From the NCBI GenBank assembly GCA_964505635.1, contig CAZDIP010000004.1:7198-71197 (forward strand): 64,000 nt of DNA, given 5' to 3'. Numbering within the stretch: position 1 is the first letter of the stretch; every line of letters begins with the position of its first letter. Below, one piece after another: positions 25,957-34,791 of the stretch. This stretch comes from an uncultured Candidatus Saccharibacteria bacterium (GTDB lineage Bacteria; Patescibacteriota; Doudnabacteria; UBA920). The translations under genes and the position numbers were made by a program. The notes below the pieces were generated by a model, which did no database searches, was not told the DNA's origin, and saw only the letters and a list, made by a program, of their open reading frames with translations.

Positions 25957-26187
25957 ATGGCTGCAGTAGTAGTAGTCGCCCTCAGGCGTCCGCCTGAGGA
26001 AGATAGTTCCCCAGAATTATGCTGGGGGTGCGAGAGTCGTCTTGTTCCGGTAAATACAAAGACTTTTGGCCTCTGTCCGAAATGCCTTTTTGAAGGCTCA
26101 CCTAAGCTTCAAAAGAGTATTTATACAGACCCGGAGTTAGGAGGCCACAGCCTCAGTTGTTTTGGTGGCGACAAAGTTGATAATTAG
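25957..26187 (+). CDS. Possible small zinc-ribbon protein (76 aa; CWGC...CPKC)
   Basis: ATG with GGAGAAAAAG 5' of it; lies in a GC-elevated, otherwise non-coding unit. Could instead be part of a structured RNA. Confidence 0.25.
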   Translation: MAAVVVVALRRPPEEDSSPELCWGCESRLVPVNTKTFGLCPKCLFEGSPKLQKSIYTDPELGGHSLSCFGGDKVDN

Positions 26188-26380
26188 GAGGAGATGGCTA
26201 GCAAGTTTACCAGGCCGCTAGGCTGGAAACTAAAAGGTGAGCGGCAAACCGCAAAAAGCCTTGCTGGCTAAACAATATAAACGGCCATTTTTGGCCGGGC
26301 GGAAAGAAAGTCAGATACCCGACAAACAACTTAGCTTAGTTTGGTTGTTGCAATCATAAAACTTTCACCGCTGTTTGGTA

Positions 26381-26449
26381 GCCCGAGAGTTTTGTTTCGC
26401 GCTTTCGTAAAAAAGAGCGCTTAAACAGAATTCTCGGGCCTGTTTTTTG
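26381..26449 (+). terminator. Large hairpin (cccgagag...ctctcggg with inner gcgct/agcgc stem) followed by TTTTTT
   Basis: Seen directly; closes the 25.73-26.45 kb unit. Confidence 0.5.
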
Positions 26450-26499
26450 CCAAAAGTTTTACTAAATTTAAAGCCGTGAATTTAGTAAACTAAGAATTA

Positions 26500-26528
26500 T
26501 TGAAAAATAAAACCTTTTTTGTTAAAAT
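26500..26528 (+). promoter_or_regulatory. Sigma-70-type promoter TTGAAA-17-TAAAAT upstream of tRNA-Pro
   Basis: -35 26500-26505, -10 26523-26528. Confidence 0.5.
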
Positions 26529-26699
26529 AGTCTAGTTAGCGGGATGTGGCCCTGCTAGTAATTTGCTTACAACAAATACTACGGGGTAAATATAGTGGCA
26601 GCCCGTCTAGTGCCATTTTAATAAACATGCCTTATTGATCGGGCTTGTGGTACGCCGGTAGTACGCGCCCACTTGCTCTGTTAAATTTTTGCCCCTTTG

Positions 26700-26773
26700 C
26701 GGGATGTAGTATAGTGGTAGTACGCGTCCATGGGGTGGATGTAGTCTGGGTTCGATTCCCAGCATCCCGACCA
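26700..26773 (+). tRNA. tRNA-Pro (anticodon GGG), C1:G72 pair, A73, CCA encoded
   Basis: Acceptor cgggatg/catcccg, D-stem gtat/gtac, anticodon stem cgtcc/ggatg with loop auGGGgu, T-arm ctggg-ttcgatt-cccag; 74 nt. Confidence 0.88.
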
Positions 26774-26785
26774 GGAGCAAATAAT

Positions 26786-26930
26786 ATTTAACAGGGTGAA
26801 GGGCGAATATAGATTGGGTTTTATTCCCGGCACCCCGACCAATAACGTATGTGAGAATGGAGCGGGGTAAAATTCCCAATCTAGTCCCGTGGTAATTGCC
26901 AGGCAATTTACTACCGGGGCATCCTAACCA
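26786..26930 (+). pseudogene. Degenerate tRNA 3'-half fragments downstream of tRNA-Pro (T-arm/acceptor/CCA-like copies at ~26833-26850 and ~26908-26928)
   Basis: gggttttattcccggcaccccgacca and ccggggcatcctaaccag resemble the tRNA-Pro 3' end gggttcgattcccagcatcccgacca. Similar 5'-half-like fragments lie upstream at 26540-26690. Confidence 0.5.
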
Positions 26931-26949
26931 GAAAATTATCAAAAACAAA

Positions 26950-27396
26950 ATGCCTGACATAAAAAAAATCGACCAGTCCTTAATTCATTTCTTTCATAAA
27001 TACAGTGGAGCGTTTGCCCGTATTTCCCTGTTTGTCGTTTATTTTTGGTTTGGGATTTTAAAAATTTTAGACACCAGTCCTGCCAATCCTTTGGTGGCTT
27101 CTTTGCTTGAGCAGACCTTGCCTTTTTTAACTTTCCGTTCTTTCATTGTATTTTTTAGTTTGTATGAAATGCTTATCGGCATTTTGTTTTTGTTTCCAAA
27201 ATCGGACAGATTAACTTTTATTTTGTTTGCCGCTCATATGCTGACAACTTTTTTGCCCCTGGTTTTTTTGCCCGCCAATACCTGGCAAAGTTTTATGGTA
27301 CCAACTTTAGAAGGCCAGTATATTATAAAAAATTTGGTGTTAATTGGTTTGGCTATGGCTATTGCGGGTAATTTGCGTCCCTTGTCAAAAAAATAA
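26950..27396 (+). CDS. Small polytopic membrane protein (~149 aa from the ATG at 26950; DUF417/YkgB-like guess)
   Basis: Four hydrophobic helices. Start moved to the internal ATG because the upstream part of the track ORF overlaps tRNA debris. Confidence 0.5.
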   Translation: MPDIKKIDQSLIHFFHKYSGAFARISLFVVYFWFGILKILDTSPANPLVASLLEQTLPFLTFRSFIVFFSLYEMLIGILFLFPKSDRLTFILFAAHMLTTFLPLVFLPANTWQSFMVPTLEGQYIIKNLVLIGLAMAIAGNLRPLSKK

Positions 27397-27968
27397 TGAT
27401 TCCAATAATTCTAGCATCCACTTCACCCAGGCGAAGTCAAATTTTAAAACTTTACGGCTTAAGTTTTAAGGCCGTTGACAGTGGTTATAGAGAGGTTTTG
27501 CATAAGCATCTAAAACCTAAAGATTTGGTGAAATTTTTGGCTTTGGGTAAGGCGCGGGCTTCGGCCAAAAAATACCGCAAGGCCATAATTATATCGGCTG
27601 ATACCGTAGTATCTTATAACGGGGTTGTTTTTGGTAAGCCAAAAAATAGGCAGGAAGCTTTTAAATTTTTAAAGTCTTTGAGCGGCAAGAAACACTACGT
27701 TTACACCGGCGTAGCGGTCTTAAATAGCCAAACCGGAGAAATTTTTCAAGCGGTGAGCAAGGAGGCGGTGTGGGCGCGCACTCTGACTGATCTGGCAATA
27801 AATTCGTATTTAAACTTAAATCAGTATAAAGGCAGGGCGGGCGCTTATAGTCCGCAAGGCCCAGGGTTGAATATTGTTAAGAAAATCAAAGGGGACATGA
27901 CAGGCATAATTGGTTTACCTGTGGGTTTGGTTATAAAGGGTATGAATAAGTTAAGAATAAAGTTTTAA
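27396..27968 (+). CDS. maf: Maf-like nucleoside triphosphate pyrophosphatase
   Basis: ILASTSPRR...SADTVV...GKP motifs; 190 aa; ATGA overlap with the upstream gene. Confidence 0.88.
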   Translation: MIPIILASTSPRRSQILKLYGLSFKAVDSGYREVLHKHLKPKDLVKFLALGKARASAKKYRKAIIISADTVVSYNGVVFGKPKNRQEAFKFLKSLSGKKHYVYTGVAVLNSQTGEIFQAVSKEAVWARTLTDLAINSYLNLNQYKGRAGAYSPQGPGLNIVKKIKGDMTGIIGLPVGLVIKGMNKLRIKF

Positions 27969-28069
27969 ATTCATCCGAATTTAACGGTGCTAAAAAGAGA
28001 CATGGTTAAGATTTGAGCCCGTGGAATTTTAGCGTAGACAAGATTTTGGTTTTTTGCTAAAATTTCCCT

Positions 28070-29341
28070 ATGTTTTTTACAAATTTGAAAGTGGCTTTCT
28101 TTCTCGCAGTCAGGCAAATTAAACGTGCCAGTTTGGGTACTACAAGCCTGATTGTTTTTATTATGACTTTGACTTTTCTGAACTTGGTGGTGGTTAACGG
28201 CATTTTAGTGGGTCTTTTAACCGGTTCTTATGAACAGTTTAGAAACCGTTATTCAGGTGAGATATTAATTACTGCCCAAGACAGGATTTCAAGCATTGAA
28301 AAAAGCCAGCAGATAATCGCATTGGCCAGGGCTTTGCCCGATGTGCAGGCTGTTTCGGCTCGTATTGTAACTTCCGGAAAAATTAGGGCGGATTTAGACC
28401 AAAATCCCAGTGGCAAAGAGTCGCCAAATGAAAATGGCAGCAGTATTGTCGGCATTAACCCGACTGACGAGGAGATGGTAACCGGTTTTTCCGATTTGAT
28501 TTTAATCGGCGAACCTTTAAGGCCGGGGGATGAGGGTTATATATTACTCGGCGCAAGTTTAATAAAGGAATATTCTAATTTTGCGGACGCTAATTTTCCC
28601 GGTTTTACAATTTTGCGGGGAGTTAAGGTGGGTGACAAAGTCAGGGTATCAATTAACAGCCAAAATCAACAACCAATTTCCAAAGAAGTAATAGTCAAAG
28701 GCATAGTTAAAAGTAAAGTCGATCAGGTTTCGCAGCGCACTTTTATGCTTGATTCAGAAGTAAGAAAATTAACTCAAAACACTGATTTAAATGTTCAGGA
28801 AATAGCCGTAAGGGCTAACGAAGCCGGTGTTGAAGAATCGGTTAGTGCTTTAAGGAATTCCGTTGACTTAGGCAAGGTCAGGGTGCAGACCTATATTGAA
28901 GCGATTCCTTCTTTTTTGCGCGATATAGAAAAAACTTTTGGTGTGTTGGGGAATGTGATTGGCGGTATTGCTTTGGTAGTGGCTTCTATTACTATCTTTA
29001 TAGTTATTTTTATAAACGCGGTCACCAGAAAAAAATATATTGGTATATTGAAAGGTATAGGCATTTCCGCAACCGCAATCGAAATGGCTTATGTCATACA
29101 GGCTTTATTTTACGGATTTTCGGGCAGCATTTTGGGCTTTGGCGTGGTTTTTTTATTTTTAAAGCCTTTTCTGGATAAAAATCCACTGGATTTTCCTTTT
29201 AGCGATGGGATTTTGGCAGCCAGTTTTAGCGGTTCTGTGGCCAGAGCCGGAGTGCTTTTGTTAATTACATTAATTGCCGGATACTTGCCAGCTAGAAGCA
29301 TTGTGAAAAAAAATACTTTGGATTCAATTTTAGGCCGATAA
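28070..29341 (+). CDS. ABC transporter permease, FtsX/MacB-like (N-terminal TM, large periplasmic domain, C-terminal 3-TM FtsX domain)
   Basis: Topology and length (423 aa); partnered with the downstream ATPase. Confidence 0.75.
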   Translation: MFFTNLKVAFFLAVRQIKRASLGTTSLIVFIMTLTFLNLVVVNGILVGLLTGSYEQFRNRYSGEILITAQDRISSIEKSQQIIALARALPDVQAVSARIVTSGKIRADLDQNPSGKESPNENGSSIVGINPTDEEMVTGFSDLILIGEPLRPGDEGYILLGASLIKEYSNFADANFPGFTILRGVKVGDKVRVSINSQNQQPISKEVIVKGIVKSKVDQVSQRTFMLDSEVRKLTQNTDLNVQEIAVRANEAGVEESVSALRNSVDLGKVRVQTYIEAIPSFLRDIEKTFGVLGNVIGGIALVVASITIFIVIFINAVTRKKYIGILKGIGISATAIEMAYVIQALFYGFSGSILGFGVVFLFLKPFLDKNPLDFPFSDGILAASFSGSVARAGVLLLITLIAGYLPARSIVKKNTLDSILGR

Positions 29342-29366
29342 TTAGAGGTAAACTTAAAGAATTTAT

Positions 29367-30047
29367 ATGATAATCGCAAAAGATTTGGTTAAGACTTTTT
29401 ATAACGGAGATGTGCAAACCCAAGTTTTAAAGGGTATAAATTTGGAAATTAGTTCCGGTGAATTTGTGGCAATAATTGGACCTTCGGGTGCCGGTAAATC
29501 CACCTTGCTGTATCAGCTGTCTTTGCTTGATCATCCAACTTCCGGGGAAGTATTTATAGACGGACAGGAAGTGACTGCGCTGTTAAGCAGCCAACGTACG
29601 GAGTTTCGTTTGCAAAATTTGGGTTACGTATTTCAAGACTATGCCTTAATGCCGGAACTAACCGCTTTAGAGAATATTGCCTTGCCAATGTTAATGCAGG
29701 GCATGAATCATGCCGATGCCGGTTCTCAGGCTTTGGAAAATTTATCTAAAATTGGACTGGCTGGCAAAGAGCATAATTTGCCAAGCCAGCTTTCCGGCGG
29801 GCAGCAGCAAAGAGTAAGCATTGGCAGGGCGATTGCCCATAACCCAAAAATTTTATTTGCCGATGAACCAACAGCTAACCTTGACACTTTAACCTCCAGG
29901 GAAATTTTAAAAGTTTTTTTGGATTTGCATAAAACCGGCCAAACAATAGTTATGGTTACCCACGAAGCGGAGTTCGCCAACATGGCAGAAAGAATAATTG
30001 AGTTGAAAGATGGTATAATTGTCTCAGATACAAGTCTTAAGGTTTGA
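29367..30047 (+). CDS. ABC transporter ATP-binding protein (MacB/LolD-type)
   Basis: Walker A GPSGAGKST, signature LSGGQQQRV, Walker B ILFADEPT, H-loop; 226 aa. Confidence 0.92.
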   Translation: MIIAKDLVKTFYNGDVQTQVLKGINLEISSGEFVAIIGPSGAGKSTLLYQLSLLDHPTSGEVFIDGQEVTALLSSQRTEFRLQNLGYVFQDYALMPELTALENIALPMLMQGMNHADAGSQALENLSKIGLAGKEHNLPSQLSGGQQQRVSIGRAIAHNPKILFADEPTANLDTLTSREILKVFLDLHKTGQTIVMVTHEAEFANMAERIIELKDGIIVSDTSLKV

Positions 30048-30409
30048 TTATGAAGAAAAAAACTGCCGCAATCATTGGGTTGGTTCTTTTTTTACTCGGT
30101 TTAATGGGATTTTTGCCAAATCCTTTTGTTGGTCCGGATAAATTTTTTCATGCCAATTTAACCCATGGCTTTGTTCATATGTTATTTGGGGTTTTATTTT
30201 TGTTTTTTGGTTCCAGATCTCAAAACGGACAGGACTTGCTCTTTAAATCTGCTTTTTATTTTTATCTTGCAGTTTCACTTTTTGGCTTTGTTGTGGGTCC
30301 CGGCAAATTGTTTAATTTGTTGGATATTAATTCGGCCGACAACTGGCTGCATTTGCTAATCGCTTTTTTTATCGGCTGGACTTTATGGGCTAAAAAAGAA
30401 GAAAAATAA
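30044..30409 (+). CDS. Small membrane protein (121 aa)
   Basis: Four hydrophobic helices; ATGA overlap with the upstream gene. Confidence 0.5.
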   Translation: MIMKKKTAAIIGLVLFLLGLMGFLPNPFVGPDKFFHANLTHGFVHMLFGVLFLFFGSRSQNGQDLLFKSAFYFYLAVSLFGFVVGPGKLFNLLDINSADNWLHLLIAFFIGWTLWAKKEEK

Positions 30410-30418
30410 TTTTGAGCT

Positions 30419-31495
30419 ATGCATTTAAATAAAATTAAGCCTGAAAAAAATATAAAAAAAATCGCGTTTTTGACTCTTTGTACCATGCTGGTTTTGATTG
30501 CCGGGGTCTATTTAAAAAATGGAAAAAGACAGCGTGATAATTTGCAAAATAATTATTTCAAACAGGAGGCGGAAGAAAAGGTTAAGTTTTATGCTTTGAG
30601 CGGGGAAGAAGCAGAAAAGCAGGTTGCCAGTTTGCGGCCAGTGGCGATTATGGTGGAAAACCATCCAGATAGCCGGCCGCAATCCGGACTCTCTTACGCA
30701 GATATAGTTTACGAAGCATTGGCTGAAGGCGGTATTACCAGATTTTTGGCCTTTTTTCAGACTTTGCCAAAGGACAGTAAAATTTTAATCGGCCCTGTTC
30801 GCAGTGCCAGGGAGTATTTTGCCCAAATAGCAGAAGAGTACGGGGCGATTTTTGCCCACGTTGGCGGCAGCAACGAGGTAATCGCGCAAATTAAAAAAGG
30901 CCAATACCCAAATTTGGCTGATATTAATGAATATTACAATGGCGAATATTTTATCCGCAGGTCTGAAAGTTTCGCCCCGCACCATATTTTTACAAACAGA
31001 TATTTGCTTAGTTTAGCCTCAGAAACTAAAGGTTTTAAGCAAGAATTGATATCCGATAATTTTTGGAAATTTATAGATCAGGGAGAAAAAGCCAGTACAA
31101 CGGTTTCTGAAATTAATTTGGACTTTTCCAGACCGGGTTATGAAGTTAAGTGGCAATATGAGCAGTCCGAAAATGTTTATAAGCGCGTGCAGTATAAAAG
31201 CGCTCACGTTGATGCTTTAAATAGCCAACAACTTAAGGCAAAGAGCGTGGTAGTCCAGGTGGTGTCGGTTACGCCTGTGCCTAACGATAAGCTGTTGTCT
31301 GTAGATATAGACCTTGCTTATGGTGGGCGGGCAGTAATTTTTTCCGGCGGACGGGTTATAGAAGGCATTTGGAAAAAAAACAATGGACGAACCAAGTATT
31401 TTGACCAACAGGGCAACGAAATAAGTTTAAGCAGGGGTAAAATTTGGGTTGAGCTTTTGCCAAAAGACAAACAAGGCGGGTTTGTTTGGAAATAA
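30419..31495 (+). CDS. Membrane-anchored protein, DUF3048 (YerB-like) family guess
   Basis: N-terminal TM, then the MVENHPDSRPQSGLSYADIVYEALAEGGITRFLAFF segment, which I recall as characteristic of DUF3048. Confidence 0.5.
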   Translation: MHLNKIKPEKNIKKIAFLTLCTMLVLIAGVYLKNGKRQRDNLQNNYFKQEAEEKVKFYALSGEEAEKQVASLRPVAIMVENHPDSRPQSGLSYADIVYEALAEGGITRFLAFFQTLPKDSKILIGPVRSAREYFAQIAEEYGAIFAHVGGSNEVIAQIKKGQYPNLADINEYYNGEYFIRRSESFAPHHIFTNRYLLSLASETKGFKQELISDNFWKFIDQGEKASTTVSEINLDFSRPGYEVKWQYEQSENVYKRVQYKSAHVDALNSQQLKAKSVVVQVVSVTPVPNDKLLSVDIDLAYGGRAVIFSGGRVIEGIWKKNNGRTKYFDQQGNEISLSRGKIWVELLPKDKQGGFVWK

Positions 31496-31496
31496 A

Positions 31497-31556
31497 AAGC
31501 GCTTCAGCCGCGCTATTAAAAAATAAAAACCCCCTTATTATAGAGGGTTTTAAAAT
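31497..31556. terminator. Bidirectional terminator region between convergent genes (two hairpins with flanking A/T runs)
   Basis: agcgc-ttcagcc-gcgct and aaaccc...gggttt hairpins; serves the 30419..31495 gene (+) and rpmB (-). Confidence 0.55.
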
Positions 31557-31567
31557 CGGATTTGAAA

Positions 31568-31741
31568 CTACTTAGTTTTAGCCTTGGTTTTAATGCAACG
31601 GGTGCAAGCTTTCACGCGTTTATGGTTATGCATGACATATTGCAAATTGGGCAGTAAACGGACAATGGAAGCTCGCATGGAGTGGGAGCGTTTTATGGTA
31701 CGGCTGTAGGTTTTGCCGCAAATAGCACACATTCGGGGCAT
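31568..31741 (-). CDS. rpmB: 50S ribosomal protein L28 (57 aa, zinc-ribbon form); not in the supplied ORF track (<60 aa)
   Basis: Reverse-complement translation MPRMCAICGKTYSRTIKRSHSMRASIVRLLPNLQYVMHNHKRVKACTRCIKTKAKTK matches the L28 consensus (M.R.C..CGK....N.SHS.....R...PNLQ), with CxxC...CxxC. Confidence 0.85.
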   Translation of the reverse strand: MPRMCAICGKTYSRTIKRSHSMRASIVRLLPNLQYVMHNHKRVKACTRCIKTKAKTK

Positions 31742-31854
31742 AAAATATAATATAAAGTTTTAAGTATAATGTATATAGGAATAAATAACTTTCACAGTTT
31801 ATCATAGTTTGTTAAAATAAGCAAGGAACCGGTAAAATAATTATATAAAGATAT

Positions 31855-33393
31855 ATGGGAGACTACTTGGGAAATTCAGGTCACGAGCCCTTTAGTTCTG
31901 AAATAGAAAAAACATTGGAAGAAAAGGTGAAAGCTTATATTAGCACCTTGTATGTTGAGCTGCCGCAAAATACTAAGGAAACAGCTTCAGGAAAACATCT
32001 TTTAGAGATAAGTGAAGCGCAGATAGGAAACATTAAACCGCCGCTTGAGTCTGAAGGCGAGATTGATATTTTGCCCGGGAAAGTTATTGCTTTAACCGGT
32101 TCAAACGGAGCCGGTAAAAGTACATTTTTTAAAAGCTTGTTAGAAAATAACAGTTTGCCGGAAGGCTTAAAACATAAGCCTGGACTTAAAATTGGCTATT
32201 TGCCCCAGGAAGGAGATTTTAGCCTGGCAGAAGATTTGAGCTTAGAAGAATTTTTAAACGAAATGTCAGCTCAAATTAGAGAAGCTAATGACTGGGATTT
32301 TGATGACGGCTTCTTTAATACAGGCTCAAGCGTACTGTTTAAGGATGCTTTGGAAACCAAACTTCGGGACTTAAGCGGTGGTGAAAAAACCAAGCTTCAA
32401 ATGTTTATACTGCTTTTGAGAAAAGCCGAACTTGTGTTTTTAGACGAACCCACCAACCATATAGACCAGGAAGGCCAGGCCTTATTAACCCAAATGATTC
32501 AAAAACTTACAAGTGGTGAAACCACCGGATACGAAACTACTTTTGTTATAAGCAGCCATAACCAGCAATTTTTGCAAGAAAATTGTAAAGACGGGGCATT
32601 AAATATTACAGTTTCGGATGGAGGGAGAAAAATTAAACAAGACAAAGCATATAAACCGGAAAATTTAAAAAATCCAAAATATAATATACCCTGGTTAAGC
32701 GACAGCTCTTTTACCGGCACAGTCTATAAAGGGGGCAATGAGAAAATTAATAGCAGCGAAGTATATTTTGGTTCCATTGAGCATAATTCAAAAATTATTA
32801 TGGCTGGCGAAAATGGTTCCGGAAAAACCACTTTTTTAAAACTTTTGGCTAATTTAGATAGCAAAAAAATTGACAGCGCTTGTAAGCCTGCTTATTTGCC
32901 CCAGGAATGGCCAAAAGAAGTATTGGAAGGGGATTTGGCGAACTTTTTACAGTATTTGGGAGTTGATGAATATAATTTTACCCAAGGTTTAGAAGAGAGC
33001 GGTTTTTTTGAAAAACGGGCTAAAGGAACGAAGTGGCTTTTGGAAAAATTTTCCAGTTTTAGCCTGGGCGAACAAAGGTTTTTATGGTTTTTAGCCGTAT
33101 GCAAGGGAAAAAACAGTAGCTTTTTATTGCTGGATGAGCCAACTAACCATCTGGATGCCCAGCTAAAAGCAGAACTTATAAAGGCAATTTTAGATTTTCC
33201 CGGCGCGGTTTTAGCAGTAACTCATGACAAAGAGTTAATGGATGCTATTTTACAAAAAATTCCTTTGAACAAACGCGAGTTTTGGCTTATGCAAAAAGGT
33301 AAGGGTGTTAGTGATTCCGCGTTTGGAATAGATGAGTATTTTGGGGCTATGGCGAGGAAAGCGCAACAAAGCATTAACCAATTAAATAAATAA
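31855..33393 (+). CDS. ABC-F-type protein: two tandem ABC ATPase domains, no TMD (second signature motif degenerate)
   Basis: NBD1 GSNGAGKST / LSGGEKTKLQ / VFLDEPTNHID; NBD2 GENGSGKTT / FSLGEQRF / LLLDEPTNHLD; 512 aa. Confidence 0.7.
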   Translation: MGDYLGNSGHEPFSSEIEKTLEEKVKAYISTLYVELPQNTKETASGKHLLEISEAQIGNIKPPLESEGEIDILPGKVIALTGSNGAGKSTFFKSLLENNSLPEGLKHKPGLKIGYLPQEGDFSLAEDLSLEEFLNEMSAQIREANDWDFDDGFFNTGSSVLFKDALETKLRDLSGGEKTKLQMFILLLRKAELVFLDEPTNHIDQEGQALLTQMIQKLTSGETTGYETTFVISSHNQQFLQENCKDGALNITVSDGGRKIKQDKAYKPENLKNPKYNIPWLSDSSFTGTVYKGGNEKINSSEVYFGSIEHNSKIIMAGENGSGKTTFLKLLANLDSKKIDSACKPAYLPQEWPKEVLEGDLANFLQYLGVDEYNFTQGLEESGFFEKRAKGTKWLLEKFSSFSLGEQRFLWFLAVCKGKNSSFLLLDEPTNHLDAQLKAELIKAILDFPGAVLAVTHDKELMDAILQKIPLNKREFWLMQKGKGVSDSAFGIDEYFGAMARKAQQSINQLNK

Positions 33394-33394
33394 A

Positions 33395-34003
33395 ATGGAA
33401 ATTATTATTACATTGGCAATTTTAATTTTTTCAGCCATTGTTCACGAAGTGAGTCACGGGCTTATGGCGGAAAAATTGGGCGACAGCACAGCCAGGGACG
33501 AAGGCAGGATTACCTTAAACCCTATTCCGCACATAGACCCCTTTGGCTCGGTTTTATTACCCTTTTTGCTTTTGGCTGTAGGCAGTCCTATAATTTTTGG
33601 CGCTGCCAGGCCGGTGCCTGTTAATTTTGAGAATTTAAAGCCAAAAAAATTGGGCATGGCTTTGGTTTCTTTAGCCGGACCTTTTAGTAACTTTTTTTTG
33701 GCGGTTTTGTGCGCTTTGCCCATTAAGTTTGGCTTGGCCAACCCGGTTTCCGGGCCGATACTGCTTAAGGCCGTATTAATTAACCTGGTTTTGGGGGTGT
33801 TTAATTTAATTCCCATCCCGCCTTTGGACGGCAGTAAAATTTTAGCTTCTTTTTTGCCCGAGTCCATAATGGAGAAAATTTTAGAGCTTGAACGCTGGGG
33901 CTTTATCCTGGTTATAATTTTTTTGTACCTGGGAATTTTGGATGCCATACTAATCCCTATTTTGGTTTTGTTTTCAAAGATTTTTAATTTACCTATCATA
34001 TAG
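33395..34003 (+). CDS. Site-2 protease family (M50) zinc metalloprotease, short form
   Basis: HEVSHG (HExxH) in the first TM and LNLIPIPPLDG motif; 202 aa polytopic. Confidence 0.8.
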   Translation: MEIIITLAILIFSAIVHEVSHGLMAEKLGDSTARDEGRITLNPIPHIDPFGSVLLPFLLLAVGSPIIFGAARPVPVNFENLKPKKLGMALVSLAGPFSNFFLAVLCALPIKFGLANPVSGPILLKAVLINLVLGVFNLIPIPPLDGSKILASFLPESIMEKILELERWGFILVIIFLYLGILDAILIPILVLFSKIFNLPII

Positions 34004-34078
34004 TTTTTTAAAAATTTGGAGTTTCGGCATAAATTTGCTATTATTTAGGCATATATTTTAGCACCTTTCAGAAACAAA

Positions 34079-34744
34079 ATGCTGGTTAAAGACATAATGT
34101 CCCAGGAGGTAATAAACGTAAAAACCGACACTTTGCTGGAGCGGGTAGCCCAAATACTTCATGAAAAGCATTTAAAAGGCGTGCCGGTTTTAAATCAGTA
34201 CGGAATTATAGAGGGTTTAATTACCGAAAGCGAACTTTTTTCCAGCGACCAAAAAATTTATTTACCTATGTACGGCCAGCTGATTAAGCGCACGGAATTT
34301 GTGGCCAACTCTAAAGCCGAGGGCTTGCCGTACGAAGCTGACCGGATTACCAAAATTACGGCAAAAGAAATAATGAACACGAAAGTTTATTTTGCCAGAG
34401 CTGATATGGAAGTTTCCGAACTGGCAACTAAAATTGCCAATTTAAAACAAGACCCGATTCCCGTAACCGACAATGGCAACAGACTGCTTGGCATAGTTTC
34501 CAGAGGCGACATAATTAGGGCTTTAACCGGTACAAAAAAAGCAAGTCCAATTGCCGGCAAGCAGGCGAAGTTTGTTGAAAAAGAAGTAGAATTTGTCGCA
34601 GAAGATATTAGTTCCAGATTCGCATTTATTAGTAAGAGCCGGGCCAGATTTTGGCTGTTAGCCATAACTATAATTTTTGCTTTAGGTTTTTTGGCCGGTA
34701 TATTATACGTAATAAACCCTCTGATTTTGACCAAAAAATTTTAA
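34079..34744 (+). CDS. CBS-pair domain protein with C-terminal transmembrane anchor
   Basis: Two CBS motifs (VKDIMSQEVINV...GVPVL; EIMNTKVYFA...PIPVTDNGNRLLGIVSRGDII); C-terminal hydrophobic helix. Confidence 0.7.
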   Translation: MLVKDIMSQEVINVKTDTLLERVAQILHEKHLKGVPVLNQYGIIEGLITESELFSSDQKIYLPMYGQLIKRTEFVANSKAEGLPYEADRITKITAKEIMNTKVYFARADMEVSELATKIANLKQDPIPVTDNGNRLLGIVSRGDIIRALTGTKKASPIAGKQAKFVEKEVEFVAEDISSRFAFISKSRARFWLLAITIIFALGFLAGILYVINPLILTKKF

Positions 34745-34791
34745 AACCAAATTTTAAAATTAAAAATTAATGCGCAAAAAAATATCCGTCT

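Noticed and set aside
25725-26455. Attempted identification of tmRNA, RNase P RNA, SRP RNA or 6S in the parB to tRNA-Pro interval and in the GC-rich blocks at 4.4-4.7 kb and 14.9-15.2 kb
   Set aside because: I could not find the diagnostic motifs (RNase P GGAAAGUCCGGGCU/ACAGAACCCGGCUUA, SRP GGAAGCAGCCAAGG, tmRNA tRNA-like 3' end with tag ORF ending ALAA) by eye. It is left as an unassigned candidate ncRNA rather than a named call.
26607-26960. 117-aa minus-strand ORF over tRNA-Pro and its fragment copies
   Set aside because: It overlaps the tRNA; the hydrophobic translation is an artefact of GC-rich tRNA-like repeats.
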